64,000 nucleotides of DNA from Dehalococcoidia bacterium (GTDB lineage: Bacteria > Chloroflexota > Dehalococcoidia > UBA2979). The position numbers were made by a program, and so were the translations under genes. The DNA lies in contig OZ253555.1 in NCBI GenBank assembly GCA_965262725.1, forward strand, positions 2,976,001 to 3,040,000, written 5' to 3'. Positions 52,467 to 61,773 of this stretch are shown here, one piece after another; positions within the stretch are counted from its first letter, which is position 1; every line of letters starts with the position of its first letter. Below the pieces are notes generated by a model that was given only the letters and a program-made list of their open reading frames with translations, was not told the origin of the DNA and ran no database searches.

Positions 52467-53119
52467 GGGCCGCTCTCGCCGTCATGGAGAAGGATCTCCG
52501 GCTCGCCTGGCGTGATCGGGCGGGCTGGCTGACGGCGGGGAGCTTCGCCGCGATCTCGGTGCTCGTCTACTCCTTCGCGCTCGACCTCGCCGCTCGCGAC
52601 GTGCGGCCGCTCCTCCCAGGGTTGCTGTGGGTCACCTTCCTCTTCGCCGGCATCATCTCCTCCGGTGCCGCCTTCCACGGCGAGGGGGAGCGCGGGACGC
52701 TCGACGCCCAGCTGCTCGCGCCCGTCGCCCGCACGGCCCTGTACGCCGGGAAGCTCCTCGCCAACCTGCTGGCTCTGCTCGCCGTTGAGGTTGCCACTCT
52801 CGCCCTCGCCACTATCCTGTTCAACGAGCCGCTCCTCACCCCCGAGCTCGGTGGGATACTGCTTGTGGGGACCGCTGGGTACGTCTCGCTCGTCACCGTA
52901 CTCGCGACACTCGGGAGCCGCGTGCGGGCGCGCGCCGTGCTGATGCCGGTGCTCGCGCTCCCCCTGCTCGTGCCGCTCCTGATTGCGGCGGTGCGCGCGA
53001 CGGGGGCCGCGCTGGGGGAGCCGGCCGGGGAGGCGCCGTGGCTGCTCCTGCTCGCGGTCTTCACGGCGTGGTCGGCGATCGGGAGCGCCCTCCTCTTCCC
53101 GCTGGCGGTCGAGCGATGA
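52463..53119 (+). CDS. ccmB: Heme exporter permease CcmB
   Basis: KDLRL, E.E.GTLD, LMPVLALPLLVPLL. Confidence 0.88.
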   Translation: MRAALAVMEKDLRLAWRDRAGWLTAGSFAAISVLVYSFALDLAARDVRPLLPGLLWVTFLFAGIISSGAAFHGEGERGTLDAQLLAPVARTALYAGKLLANLLALLAVEVATLALATILFNEPLLTPELGGILLVGTAGYVSLVTVLATLGSRVRARAVLMPVLALPLLVPLLIAAVRATGAALGEPAGEAPWLLLLAVFTAWSAIGSALLFPLAVER

Positions 53120-53141
53120 GCACGCTCGCGGCCGGGCCACG

Positions 53142-53882
53142 ATGAGCGCCCTCGGTCGGTTCGCGTCGGGCTGGGCCGAGCGCGGCTACGCGCTGCGCTG
53201 GGCGGTGCTCCCCCCCGTCACCGGCGTGGCGATGTTCGCGTTGCTCGTGGGCGCGGTGATCGCGGCCCCGCGGGAGGCCGTGGAGGGGGAGGTGCAGCGC
53301 ATCTTCTACATCCACGTCCCCTCGGCCCTCGCCTCCTACCTCGGGGTCGGCATCGCCTCCCTCGCCTCGGTGGTGCTCCTGTGGCGGCGCGACATGCGAT
53401 GGGACGCGGTGGCCCGCGCGGGTGCGATGGCCGGCGTGCTCTTCACCGGGCTCACGCTCGCCACCGGCATGATCTGGGGGAAGCCGATCTGGGGCGTGTG
53501 GTGGACGTGGGACGCGCGCCTCACCAGCACGCTCGTCCTCTTCCTGCTCTACTCCGCCTACCTGCTCGCGCGGCAGCTCGCCGACGAGGCCGATGAGCAG
53601 GCGGCGCGCTTCGCCGCGATCTTCGCCATCGTCGCCTTCATCGACATCCCGATCATCAACATGTCGGTGCGCTGGTGGCGCACGCTGCACCCGCAACCGA
53701 TCGTCTTCGATCCGTTCGGCGAGCAGGCGCTCCCCGGATCGATGATGCTGGTGCTCGTGATCGGGATCGTCGCGGTCGGCGCCCTCGCCCTCTGGCTGGT
53801 GGTGCTCCGGTCGGAGGCCGAGGGGCTCGCGCAGCGGGCCACAGCCGTGCGCCAGCTCATCGACCGCAGGGAGGCGCGCTGA
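53142..53882 (+). CDS. ccmC: Heme exporter CcmC
   Basis: IFYIHVP, WGKPIWGVWWTWDARLT, WWRTLHP. Confidence 0.92.
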   Translation: MSALGRFASGWAERGYALRWAVLPPVTGVAMFALLVGAVIAAPREAVEGEVQRIFYIHVPSALASYLGVGIASLASVVLLWRRDMRWDAVARAGAMAGVLFTGLTLATGMIWGKPIWGVWWTWDARLTSTLVLFLLYSAYLLARQLADEADEQAARFAAIFAIVAFIDIPIINMSVRWWRTLHPQPIVFDPFGEQALPGSMMLVLVIGIVAVGALALWLVVLRSEAEGLAQRATAVRQLIDRREAR

Positions 53883-54091
53883 TGGACCACCTGGAGTTCC
53901 TGTTCGCGGGCTTCGCCGTCTTCTGGGCGGGTCTCTTCGTCTACCTCCTCTTCCTGCAGGCGCGGCTGCGGGGACTCACCCGCGAGATCCAGCGCCTCGA
54001 GGAGCGCCTCACCGAGTCCGCCTCGGGTGGGCCGAGACCGGGGAACGCCCCGGAGGAGGCGGGCCCGGGCGCGGCGGAGGGCGGCGGGTAG
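53882..54091 (+). CDS. ccmD: CcmD
   Basis: Short; TM segment then charged tail; directly after ccmC. Confidence 0.75.
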   Translation: MDHLEFLFAGFAVFWAGLFVYLLFLQARLRGLTREIQRLEERLTESASGGPRPGNAPEEAGPGAAEGGG

Positions 54092-54092
54092 C

Positions 54093-55058
54093 GTGCGCGC
54101 GCGCATCGGCTCCGGTGGGAGACTCAGCGGCTACACGTTGCTGACGATCGCGACCGCCGCGTCAACGCTGGCCCTGATCGCGATCGGAGGCGTGGTCCGC
54201 ACCACCGAGTCCGGCCTCGGCTGCCCGGACTGGCCGCTCTGCCACGGGGGGCTGCTGCCGCCGCTCGAGCGGGCGGCAATCATCGAGTACACCCACCGCA
54301 CCGCCGCCTCCGTCGTCGGGTTGCTCATCCTCTCGGTCGCGGCCTGGACGCTGTGGCGGCACCGCGCCGACCGCGCGCTCGCGGGTCTCGCCCTCGCCTC
54401 TCTCCCCCTGCTCGCGGTGCAGGCATGGCTCGGCAAGGAGGCCGTGGAGCGAGAGCTCCCCGCCGTGGTCGTGACGCTCCACCTCGCGACCGGCCTCCTG
54501 CTCTTCGCGGTGGTCACGCTGCAGGCGGCGCTCGCGTGGCTCGGCCCCGGACGCCGTCGCATCCGCGAGCCCGAGCGCGCGCACTTCCTGCGCGTCGTGG
54601 CCTGGGCTTCCGCGGTCACCTTGATCGTCCTGATCGCCGGCTCCTACCTCGTCGGCGAGGGCGGCGGCCCTGCCTGCACGGGCTGGCCCGGGTGCCCGGA
54701 AGCGCCGATCCCCTTCCTCGACGGGAGTCGGCTGCACGACGCGCACTGGCTCCACCGCGTCACGGTCCTTATCGGCGGAGTCGCCGTCGCCGCGGTGGCG
54801 TGGTCCGCCGCGGGACTTGCCCGCGTCGGCGACGCGCTCCGGCTCGCCGCGGCGTCGCTGGTCGTGCTCTACCTCGCGCAGGTGGTTCTCGGCGCCGCGA
54901 ACATATGGACCGACCACTCCGCCGCGGTGCGCACCGCGCACCTCGCGCTCGCCGCAGCGCTCTGGGGGCTGCTCGTGACGATGGCCGTGGCCGGGCGCTT
55001 CGAGGCGACGGTGCCCGCGGAGGAGCGGCCGCCAGAGGCCGGGGGCTCCGGTGTCTAG
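54093..55058 (+). CDS. ctaA: Heme A synthase
   Basis: SGLGCPDWPLC, EYTHR, ACTGWPGC, HWLHR. Confidence 0.9.
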   Translation: MRARIGSGGRLSGYTLLTIATAASTLALIAIGGVVRTTESGLGCPDWPLCHGGLLPPLERAAIIEYTHRTAASVVGLLILSVAAWTLWRHRADRALAGLALASLPLLAVQAWLGKEAVERELPAVVVTLHLATGLLLFAVVTLQAALAWLGPGRRRIREPERAHFLRVVAWASAVTLIVLIAGSYLVGEGGGPACTGWPGCPEAPIPFLDGSRLHDAHWLHRVTVLIGGVAVAAVAWSAAGLARVGDALRLAAASLVVLYLAQVVLGAANIWTDHSAAVRTAHLALAAALWGLLVTMAVAGRFEATVPAEERPPEAGGSGV

Positions 55059-56010
55059 GCCACGCGCGGCGGCGGGTGCCCACGGCGCAGCCGCGGCGGA
55101 GCCGGAGGACCCCACTCCCCGCGCCGCGGGTCGGGCCTCGGGGCTCGGAGCGGTGGCACGCTCCTACGTCGAGCTCACCAAGCCGAGGATCATCTGGCTG
55201 CTCCTGATCACGACCGTGCCGGCGATGGTGATCGCGGCGGGGGGATGGCCGGACACCGCCCTCGTCGCGAGCACGCTCCTCGGCGGCATGCTCGCGGCCG
55301 GGGGCGCGAACGCCATCAACCAGTACGCCGACCGCGACATCGACCGGCTGATGCGCCGCACGAGCGGCCGTCCGCTCGTTCGCGGCACGGTGTCGCCCGG
55401 GCAGGCGGCCGCCTTCGGGCTCGTGCTCTCGGTGATCTCGGTCGCGTGGCTCGCCGCGACGGTGAACGCGCTGGCGGCGGCGCTGGCAGCGGCGGCGATC
55501 GCGTTCTACGTCGGCGCCTACACCTACTATCTGAAGCGGACGACGACGCAGAACATCGTGATCGGCGGGGCGGCCGGCGCGGCGCCGCCCGTCATCGGCT
55601 GGGCCGCCGTGACAGGCAGCATCGAAGTCGAGGCGGCTCTCCTCTTCCTCGTCGTCTTCTACTGGACGCCGCCCCACTTCTGGGCGCTCTCGCTCCTCCT
55701 CGCCGACGACTACGAGCGGGCCGGTGTGCCGATGCTCCCGGTAGTGAAGGGGGAGGCGGAGACGAAGCGCCAGATCGTGCTCTACACGCTGCTGCTCATC
55801 CCGCTGACGCTCATCTTCGGCGCCGTTGCCGAGCTGCGCTGGATCTACTTCGCGACGGCGGCGGCGGGCGGCGCCGCCTTCATCTGGTTCGCGCTCGCGC
55901 TGAGGCGGCTGCCCGGCATCGAGGGTGCGCGCGGTCTCTTCCGCTTCTCCGTGATCTACCTCGCGCTGCTCTTCGCCTCGATGGCGGCGGATCAGCTGCT
56001 GCTGGACTAG
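55051..56010 (+). CDS. ctaB: Protoheme IX farnesyltransferase
   Basis: LTKPRI, DRDIDRLMRRT..RP, QNIVIGG, WTPPHFWAL. Confidence 0.95.
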   Translation: MSRPRAAAGAHGAAAAEPEDPTPRAAGRASGLGAVARSYVELTKPRIIWLLLITTVPAMVIAAGGWPDTALVASTLLGGMLAAGGANAINQYADRDIDRLMRRTSGRPLVRGTVSPGQAAAFGLVLSVISVAWLAATVNALAAALAAAAIAFYVGAYTYYLKRTTTQNIVIGGAAGAAPPVIGWAAVTGSIEVEAALLFLVVFYWTPPHFWALSLLLADDYERAGVPMLPVVKGEAETKRQIVLYTLLLIPLTLIFGAVAELRWIYFATAAAGGAAFIWFALALRRLPGIEGARGLFRFSVIYLALLFASMAADQLLLD

Positions 56011-56071
56011 GGTGTCGTGTTACCCCGTCGGCCGCCCGGACGCTCGGGCGCCGCGACGACCGTAACCCGTT

Positions 56072-56770
56072 CTATCCCAGCTGTTCCCGGATCCACGCGG
56101 CCGTGACCGAGGCGACCTCCGATAGTGCACCCGACCTTGTCCTGTCACTCCCTATCGGTGGGTCATAGGAGTGGTCAGCACCGTCTATCACGTGAAGGGT
56201 TGCCCGATCGTCCAGTGCCGCGAGGGCAGGCCGAAGCTCCGTCAGGTCGGTGAACTCTTCGTCACGTCCACCCTGGACGAACAGCATGGGCACCGGCACC
56301 CGCCGGAGATGATCCACGGGGTCATCCAACAGGATGCGCCATCGCATGGGGAAGACGTACAACACGGCGCCCCGGACCTCCGGCCAGCTCTCACGCGTCA
56401 GGGCCAGCGAGATGACTTGGCTGCTCATCGAGCGTCCCCCGAGGAACAACGGAAGCCCCAGCGAGAGAGCCGCCGCGGCATCCTTGGCTGAGCTTGTTGT
56501 AGCGAGGAGAACGTCGAGGGAGTCAATGACGACAGAGGAGGAGTCGATCATTCCCTGGCTGTACGGATAGTTGTACCGGAAGGTCGCGATCCGCTGATCG
56601 GCGAGCGCGTCAGCCAGCTGCACCATGATGGGCGTGTATATCGGGGTTCCCGAGCCGTGACCCAACACCATCAGGGCCACGGCGTCTTCCGGCTTCAGAA
56701 GGACGGTAGCGACCTCCGGACCCCCGGGAGTCAGGAGCAGCGTGCTCTCGGTGACCTCGGCGTCAGCCAA
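56072..56770 (-). CDS. Alpha/beta hydrolase (dienelactone hydrolase-like)
   Basis: HGSG, GGRSMS, QGGRD, GADHS; start uncertain. Confidence 0.75.
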   Translation of the reverse strand: MADAEVTESTLLLTPGGPEVATVLLKPEDAVALMVLGHGSGTPIYTPIMVQLADALADQRIATFRYNYPYSQGMIDSSSVVIDSLDVLLATTSSAKDAAAALSLGLPLFLGGRSMSSQVISLALTRESWPEVRGAVLYVFPMRWRILLDDPVDHLRRVPVPMLFVQGGRDEEFTDLTELRPALAALDDRATLHVIDGADHSYDPPIGSDRTRSGALSEVASVTAAWIREQLG

Positions 56771-57020
56771 TCTCGCTGCGCCCGTTCTCGCGCGAGCGCG
56801 TACTGACCGTCGATCGAACAGACTGCACCGCGCCACCGTTTGCCCGCGCGCTCCTCGGTTGGGCGAGCCGCCCGCATCGGCTGTGGTATCTCCGGGACCG
56901 CTCCCCCTCCTCCCCTCGCCAGCGCTTCACGGGTGGTCCCTTATGTCGCTCTGTCCCACGCTCGCCAGCGAACTGCCGACGGCGCACCGCGAGGCCGCTG
57001 ACGACGGAGCCACTTCCCGC

Positions 57021-57782
57021 CTAGTCGGGCGGCCGTGCCCGGCCCGAGGCGCTCTCGCCCGGCACCCGCTGCGCCCACGCCCCGTGATGGCGCTCGGCCC
57101 ACGAGCGCCGCACGCGGCCGCGTGTGATCCCCCGCATCGACTCGCGCGTCTCAGGGTTGAGGACCGCCATATAGAGGTGGCCAAGGATGAGCGGAAGCAG
57201 CAGCAGCGAGAGGACGGTATGCCAGCGGAAGACGACGGCCACCAGGTCGGCGTCGATGACCTCCTTGCTCCAGAAGTTCACGCCGAGTGCGACCCCGGTC
57301 CCGAGGAGCAGCAGGACGGCGACCGTCGAGAGCGCGGCGTTGATCTTCTGGCCGGCGTTGAACTTGCCCACGCGCGGTCCGATGGAGCGCAGCCCCGCGA
57401 CGCGAAGCGCCCGGTGCTGCAGCCAGAGATAGTCGTCAAGACGAACCACGAAGAGATCCCGCGCATCGCGGCGTGCGGGCCGGCGCGAGAAGAGGGTCAG
57501 CGCCCCGGGTACGAGCGCGACCACGAAGCCGAGGCCTAGCAGTACGTGCAGCCACGCCAAGAGCCGCGCGCCTCCGAGATGGAGCGCCTTCGCCTCCGGC
57601 CAGAAGTTCGTAAGCCCCGTCAGCATCAGCAGCAGCACGGGGATCGCAATCAGCCAGTGGAGCGCCCGGGTGGAGGGGCCGAAGCGCTCGAGGAACTCGG
57701 GCGTCGCGCCTCCGCCCGGGGCGCCGGCCCCGGCGCCGGCGGCATCCGCAGCCGGAGGAGTCAGCCGCTCGCGCGAATCCAC
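57021..57782 (-). CDS. Di-heme cytochrome b (FdnI-like) membrane subunit
   Basis: RALHW, WLHV, GKFNAGQK, WH...GHLYMA, RGITRG.V...WA..HH..W. Confidence 0.85.
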   Translation of the reverse strand: MDSRERLTPPAADAAGAGAGAPGGGATPEFLERFGPSTRALHWLIAIPVLLLMLTGLTNFWPEAKALHLGGARLLAWLHVLLGLGFVVALVPGALTLFSRRPARRDARDLFVVRLDDYLWLQHRALRVAGLRSIGPRVGKFNAGQKINAALSTVAVLLLLGTGVALGVNFWSKEVIDADLVAVVFRWHTVLSLLLLPLILGHLYMAVLNPETRESMRGITRGRVRRSWAERHHGAWAQRVPGESASGRARPPD

Positions 57783-58423
57783 GCGTCCACCCGCCAGCCC
57801 CTCTGCTGCCAGTAGCCGAGATCCTGCCGGTCACGGAACTCGACACGCGTCAGCCACTTCGGCCCCTTGTAGCCGAACATGCGCGGCATCACGAGCCGTG
57901 CCGGGGCGCCGCGTACCCGCGAGAGGGGGGCGTCGTCCAGATCGTAGGCGATCAGCACCCCCGGGAGTCGCGCCTGTGCGATGGAGAGCGAATCCCTGTA
58001 GACGCCGCCCAGGGAATGGAACGTGACGTAGCGGGCGTCCGGCAGCGGCTCCACCAGCTCCGCGAGGCTCTGGAAGCGCACGCCGTCCCACTGCACGTCC
58101 GGCACCCTCCAGCCCTCGACGCAGTGGAAGTCCGAGACCTGCCGCACGGGCGGCAGGGCGCGCAGCGCCTCATATTCGAGGCTCAGCGGCCGGGCGACCA
58201 GCCCGTCCACAACAAGGCGGTAGGTCGCCGGGTCGAAGACAGGCCGCCGGTCCTCGACGGTGTTCTCCCGCCAGCCGTCGACGAGGCCGAAGACGCGCGT
58301 CGAGAGGGCGCCGACGGCGGCTCCACCCGCGAGCAGGGCGAGGAAGCGGGCGCGGGGGAGCAGGCGCCGGGCGCGTCCCGCGCCCTGCTCGTCGTCCCCG
58401 GAGCGCCGTGGCTCGTTGCTCAT
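57761..58423 (-). CDS. Sulfite oxidase family molybdopterin oxidoreductase (MsrP-like)
   Basis: DFHCVEGW, W.GV, GAPARLV.P..FGYKGPKW, GYWQQRGW. Confidence 0.85.
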   Translation of the reverse strand: MSNEPRRSGDDEQGAGRARRLLPRARFLALLAGGAAVGALSTRVFGLVDGWRENTVEDRRPVFDPATYRLVVDGLVARPLSLEYEALRALPPVRQVSDFHCVEGWRVPDVQWDGVRFQSLAELVEPLPDARYVTFHSLGGVYRDSLSIAQARLPGVLIAYDLDDAPLSRVRGAPARLVMPRMFGYKGPKWLTRVEFRDRQDLGYWQQRGWRVDAWIRASG

Positions 58424-58525
58424 CTCATCCCGCGTCCGCGCATAGACGGCCCGTCGCAGTCAGTGTAGGGCACGCGAACGAGCGGATCGTGAGGCTTCGT
58501 TCACCGACACCGACGCGCCGCAGGG

Positions 58526-59326
58526 CTAGCCCTCGATCACCAGCAGCCGCAGGCGCATCGAGCCGCCGGGTGCCGTCACGGTGACCTCGTCGCCGACGGT
58601 GTGGTTGGCGACGGCGAAGCCGACGGGCGATTCGACCGAGATCCGCCCTTTGGTCGGGTCGACCTGCGAGGGGCTCACGAGGTGGAAGACCTGCTCTACG
58701 TCGCGCTCCATGTTGAGCACGCGCACCGTGGATCCGACGTGGGCACGCCCGCCCTTCGCCTCGGCGTCGATCACAACCGCGTGGCGGAGCCGGTTCTCGA
58801 TCTCCCGGATGCGCGCCTCTAAGTGCGCCTGGGAGTCGCGCGCCGCGTCGAGGGGGGCGTTCTCGCGGAAGTCCTTGTCGGCCATCGCGGCGCGCAGCTC
58901 CTCGGCGATGCGCGGACGCTCGTCCTTCAGCTTCTTGAGCTCCTCCTCGAGCGCCTGGATGCCCTCGAAGGTCATGTAGAAGGCCTCGCCGCCGAGTTCC
59001 TCTATGGCACCGCGCCCGCCGCGCGCACCGCCCCCGAACTCCCCGAGGTGCGGCACGAGGTTCTCGGCCGTGAAGGCGAGTCGCGAGGCGTACGCGAGGA
59101 ATCCGCGGATCGGCTCCGCGTGATCGGCGTCGTGCTCCAGCGCCTCGGCATGGGTGGCCGCGTACTGCTCCACCTCCTCGCCGGTGATCTCGCCTATGGG
59201 GCGCTCCTCGCCGCCGAGCTCCTCGATGAAGCGATCGAGGGCCGGACGCTCGGCACGCGCCTTCTCGGGCTCCAAGCTGTTCAGATAGTGGGCGCTCGCG
59301 TCTCCAGCAGTCATCAACCCCGCCAT
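58526..59326 (-). CDS. greA: Transcription elongation factor GreA with N-terminal extension
   Basis: DKDFRENAPLDAAR, ISVESPVG; about 105 extra N-terminal residues. Confidence 0.85.
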   Translation of the reverse strand: MAGLMTAGDASAHYLNSLEPEKARAERPALDRFIEELGGEERPIGEITGEEVEQYAATHAEALEHDADHAEPIRGFLAYASRLAFTAENLVPHLGEFGGGARGGRGAIEELGGEAFYMTFEGIQALEEELKKLKDERPRIAEELRAAMADKDFRENAPLDAARDSQAHLEARIREIENRLRHAVVIDAEAKGGRAHVGSTVRVLNMERDVEQVFHLVSPSQVDPTKGRISVESPVGFAVANHTVGDEVTVTAPGGSMRLRLLVIEG

Positions 59327-59500
59327 GAGGCGGCCTCCGCTCCAGCGCGGCGGGCCGCGCCGCGTGCTGTTCGTGTGATGGGCGGACCAGCGGCCGCCCC
59401 AGCCGCCGGTCGGAGCCGCTCCCCGCCATGCCGACTGACGCCGCGCGAGTCCAGAGTAGCTCTCCCCAGTGTAGGAGAACGCGCGCGTACGATACCAACC

Positions 59501-60349
59501 ATGAGCGGACTCCACAGCGCTCCCGAAGCCACGAGCGCGGACCGCACCCCGGATGACCCGGCGGCGGGCGACGACACAAGCCGGGCGGCCGCGTGGCTCG
59601 CCTCGGAGAGTGAGCGGCTCGGCCTCGCCCTCGACCGCCGGACGCACAACCAATTGGCGTCGTACCGCACCCTCATCGCGGCCGGCGCCGCGCGCGCCGG
59701 GCTCACCTCCGTGCGCGACCCCCTCGGGATCGCGCGCCGCCACCTGGGCGAATCGCTCGCGCTGCTCGCGGCGCTCCGCGAGGCGAAACTCCTTTCGGCG
59801 GGACGCGCCGCGCGGGTCGTCGATATTGGAAGCGGAGCGGGCCTCCCAGGAATCGCGATGCGAATCGCCGACCCTCAGATTCGACTCACGCTCGTCGAAT
59901 CGCACGGGCGGCGGTGTACCTTCCTGCGGGAGACCTGCGCGGCGCTCGGCATGGAGGACGTGCGAATCGTGTGTGCGCGGGCCGAGGACGCCGGGCACGA
60001 TGCCGACCTGCGCGGGAGCTTCGACCTCGCGGTGGCCCGGGCGGTCGCGCCGCTTGCCGTGCTCCTCGAGTACGCGCTGCCGCTCCTGGCGCCGGGAGCC
60101 CTGCTCGCGGCGCCGAAAGGGAGCCGCGCGGAGGAGGAGCTCGAGGCCGCGCGTCCGGCCATCCGCGCACTCGAAGGCGAGGCGCTCACGCCGCTCGCGC
60201 TGCCGCTCCCGCCCGACGCGCCGCCCCAGCGCGTACTGCTGGTTCGGCGAGTCGGCGAGCTCCCGGCCGAACTCCCGCGCCGGCCGGGCGCCCCCTCGCG
60301 TCGCCCCCTCGGCATGCCCGGCCGCCGGCGCCGAACCGCTCCAGACTGA
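59501..60349 (+). CDS. rsmG: 16S rRNA G527 methyltransferase
   Basis: RHLGESL, DIGSGAGLPGI, RAED, ARAVA, PRRPG.P..RPL. Confidence 0.9.
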   Translation: MSGLHSAPEATSADRTPDDPAAGDDTSRAAAWLASESERLGLALDRRTHNQLASYRTLIAAGAARAGLTSVRDPLGIARRHLGESLALLAALREAKLLSAGRAARVVDIGSGAGLPGIAMRIADPQIRLTLVESHGRRCTFLRETCAALGMEDVRIVCARAEDAGHDADLRGSFDLAVARAVAPLAVLLEYALPLLAPGALLAAPKGSRAEEELEAARPAIRALEGEALTPLALPLPPDAPPQRVLLVRRVGELPAELPRRPGAPSRRPLGMPGRRRRTAPD

Positions 60350-60415
60350 GGCCCGCGCTCCGTGGGATAGAATCACGCAGCGGGCACTTCCCTCCCGCAG
60401 ACAGGGGGCGACGGG

Positions 60416-61039
60416 TTGCTCGCCACAACGATCTCCCGGGTCTGTCGGCTCGCCCGTTTCGACCTCCGCGTGCTCAGCGAGGTGCGTGACGATCCGAACG
60501 CGACAATCCCCGCCGTCGTCGTCGCAGCGGGCTCGGTGCTGCTGCTCGGCTTCGGCGGGTGGCTGTGGTGGGTCACGTCCGGGCTCGGCGACACGGGAGC
60601 CGTCTTCCTGAAGAGCACGCTCCTCGGGAGTGGCCTCGCCTTCGCCCTGTGGTTGGTGTGGCTGCTCGTCGCCTACTCGGTGCTCCAACGCGTCGCGTCC
60701 GTCACGGTCCCCACGGAGCGCCTCCTTCGCTGCGCCGGGTTCGCCACGATCCCCGCGGCGCTCGGCGTGCTGATGATCGTCCCCGCAGTCTCGTTCGGCG
60801 TGGGATTGTTCGCGATCGGGGCGTGGGCTCTGCTCACCCAGGTTGCGACCGAGCGGGCCGTGGGCATGGGCGGGGCCAGCGTGATCCTCGCGAACGCCGC
60901 CGGCTTCGCGGCGTGGGCGCTCGGGATGTCCCTGCTCTCGACTGGCAGCAATCAGCTCGGGGTGGGCCCGTTCCTCGCCGAGTCGATCTGGGAGGCACTC
61001 ACCGGCTTCGAGGCCGCGCGCTCGATCATCGCCGGGTAG
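60416..61039 (+). CDS. Yip1-like membrane protein
   Basis: About 5 hydrophobic segments; EVRDDPNAT..A..VV; upstream TAGAAT -10-like box. Confidence 0.6.
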   Translation: MLATTISRVCRLARFDLRVLSEVRDDPNATIPAVVVAAGSVLLLGFGGWLWWVTSGLGDTGAVFLKSTLLGSGLAFALWLVWLLVAYSVLQRVASVTVPTERLLRCAGFATIPAALGVLMIVPAVSFGVGLFAIGAWALLTQVATERAVGMGGASVILANAAGFAAWALGMSLLSTGSNQLGVGPFLAESIWEALTGFEAARSIIAG

Positions 61040-61117
61040 GCGTGTTCGGCGGACTGGCGATGGACCGAGCCCCTCGGCGCCGCCTACACTCGGCCCGAAC
61101 CCTCAGACGGTCGACGT

Positions 61118-61193
61118 GGGCCTGTAGCTCAGCTGGGAGAGCGCCACACTGGCAGTGTGGAGGTCAGGGGTTCGAGCCCCCTCAGGTCCACCA
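61118..61193 (+). tRNA. tRNA-Ala(GGC)
   Basis: 76-nt cloverleaf; anticodon arm CCACA-CTGGCAG-TGTGG; G3:U70; GTTCGA; encoded CCA. Confidence 0.97.
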
Positions 61194-61241
61194 TATTTAG
61201 GTTCAAGTCCCAGCGTTGACCCCGCGCAACCGCCGTTAACC

Positions 61242-61260
61242 GGGTACATGTTGGGTACAT
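61242..61260. repeat. Direct repeat GGGTACAT x2 (11-bp period)
   Basis: Copies at 61242-61249 and 61253-61260, about 50 bp after the tRNA. Confidence 0.7.
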
Positions 61261-61527
61261 TCAGGCGAGCAGGTGGCCCGGCTCGCCCTCTGCAGCCGGG
61301 TTGCTGGACGCGCAGCAAGCGACCGCACATACCCACCGCGAGCACTGGTGATGCCCGAGCTCGTCGGGCACCCCGACGGTGTCCTCGTACGAGCAGCCTC
61401 GACGCGGTGCGGTGCGCTCGATTCCGTCGTCGCCGACGAGGAAGTCCACGAGTATGTGCGACTTCTTCGCTGCATCGTGTGCACCACCCCGTCGAGGGCT
61501 CGACATGGGGCGACAACTACGGACCCT

Positions 61528-61773
61528 GACGCCGCCTTAGATGGCGGGAAGACCGTCCACGTGCACTGCTGGGGCGGCGTCGGGCGGACCGGCACCGTGA
61601 TAGCGTGCCGGCTCGTGCGGCACGGGAAAAGGGGAGACGCGGCGCTGGGCCAGATCGGCGAGTGGTGGCGGGGAGTGCGGAAGGCGCGTCGCCGGCCTCG
61701 ATCCCCGGAAACACCGGCGGAGCATGCGTGCGTCCGCGACTGCGCCGAGCCGCCGGGGGGAAGCGCCGCATGA
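61528..61773 (+). pseudogene. C-terminal fragment of a Cx5R protein tyrosine/dual-specificity phosphatase
   Basis: KTVHVHCWGGVGRTGTVIAC...SPET; no recognisable N-half; ATGA overlap with the next gene. Confidence 0.7.

Noticed and set aside
58526-60688. 720-aa GreA fusion
   Set aside because: The upstream part is antisense to rsmG and the Yip1-like gene; the probable start is 59326, after GGAGG.
61261-61506. 81-aa minus-strand ORF in the islet
   Set aside because: No recognisable motif; may be debris.
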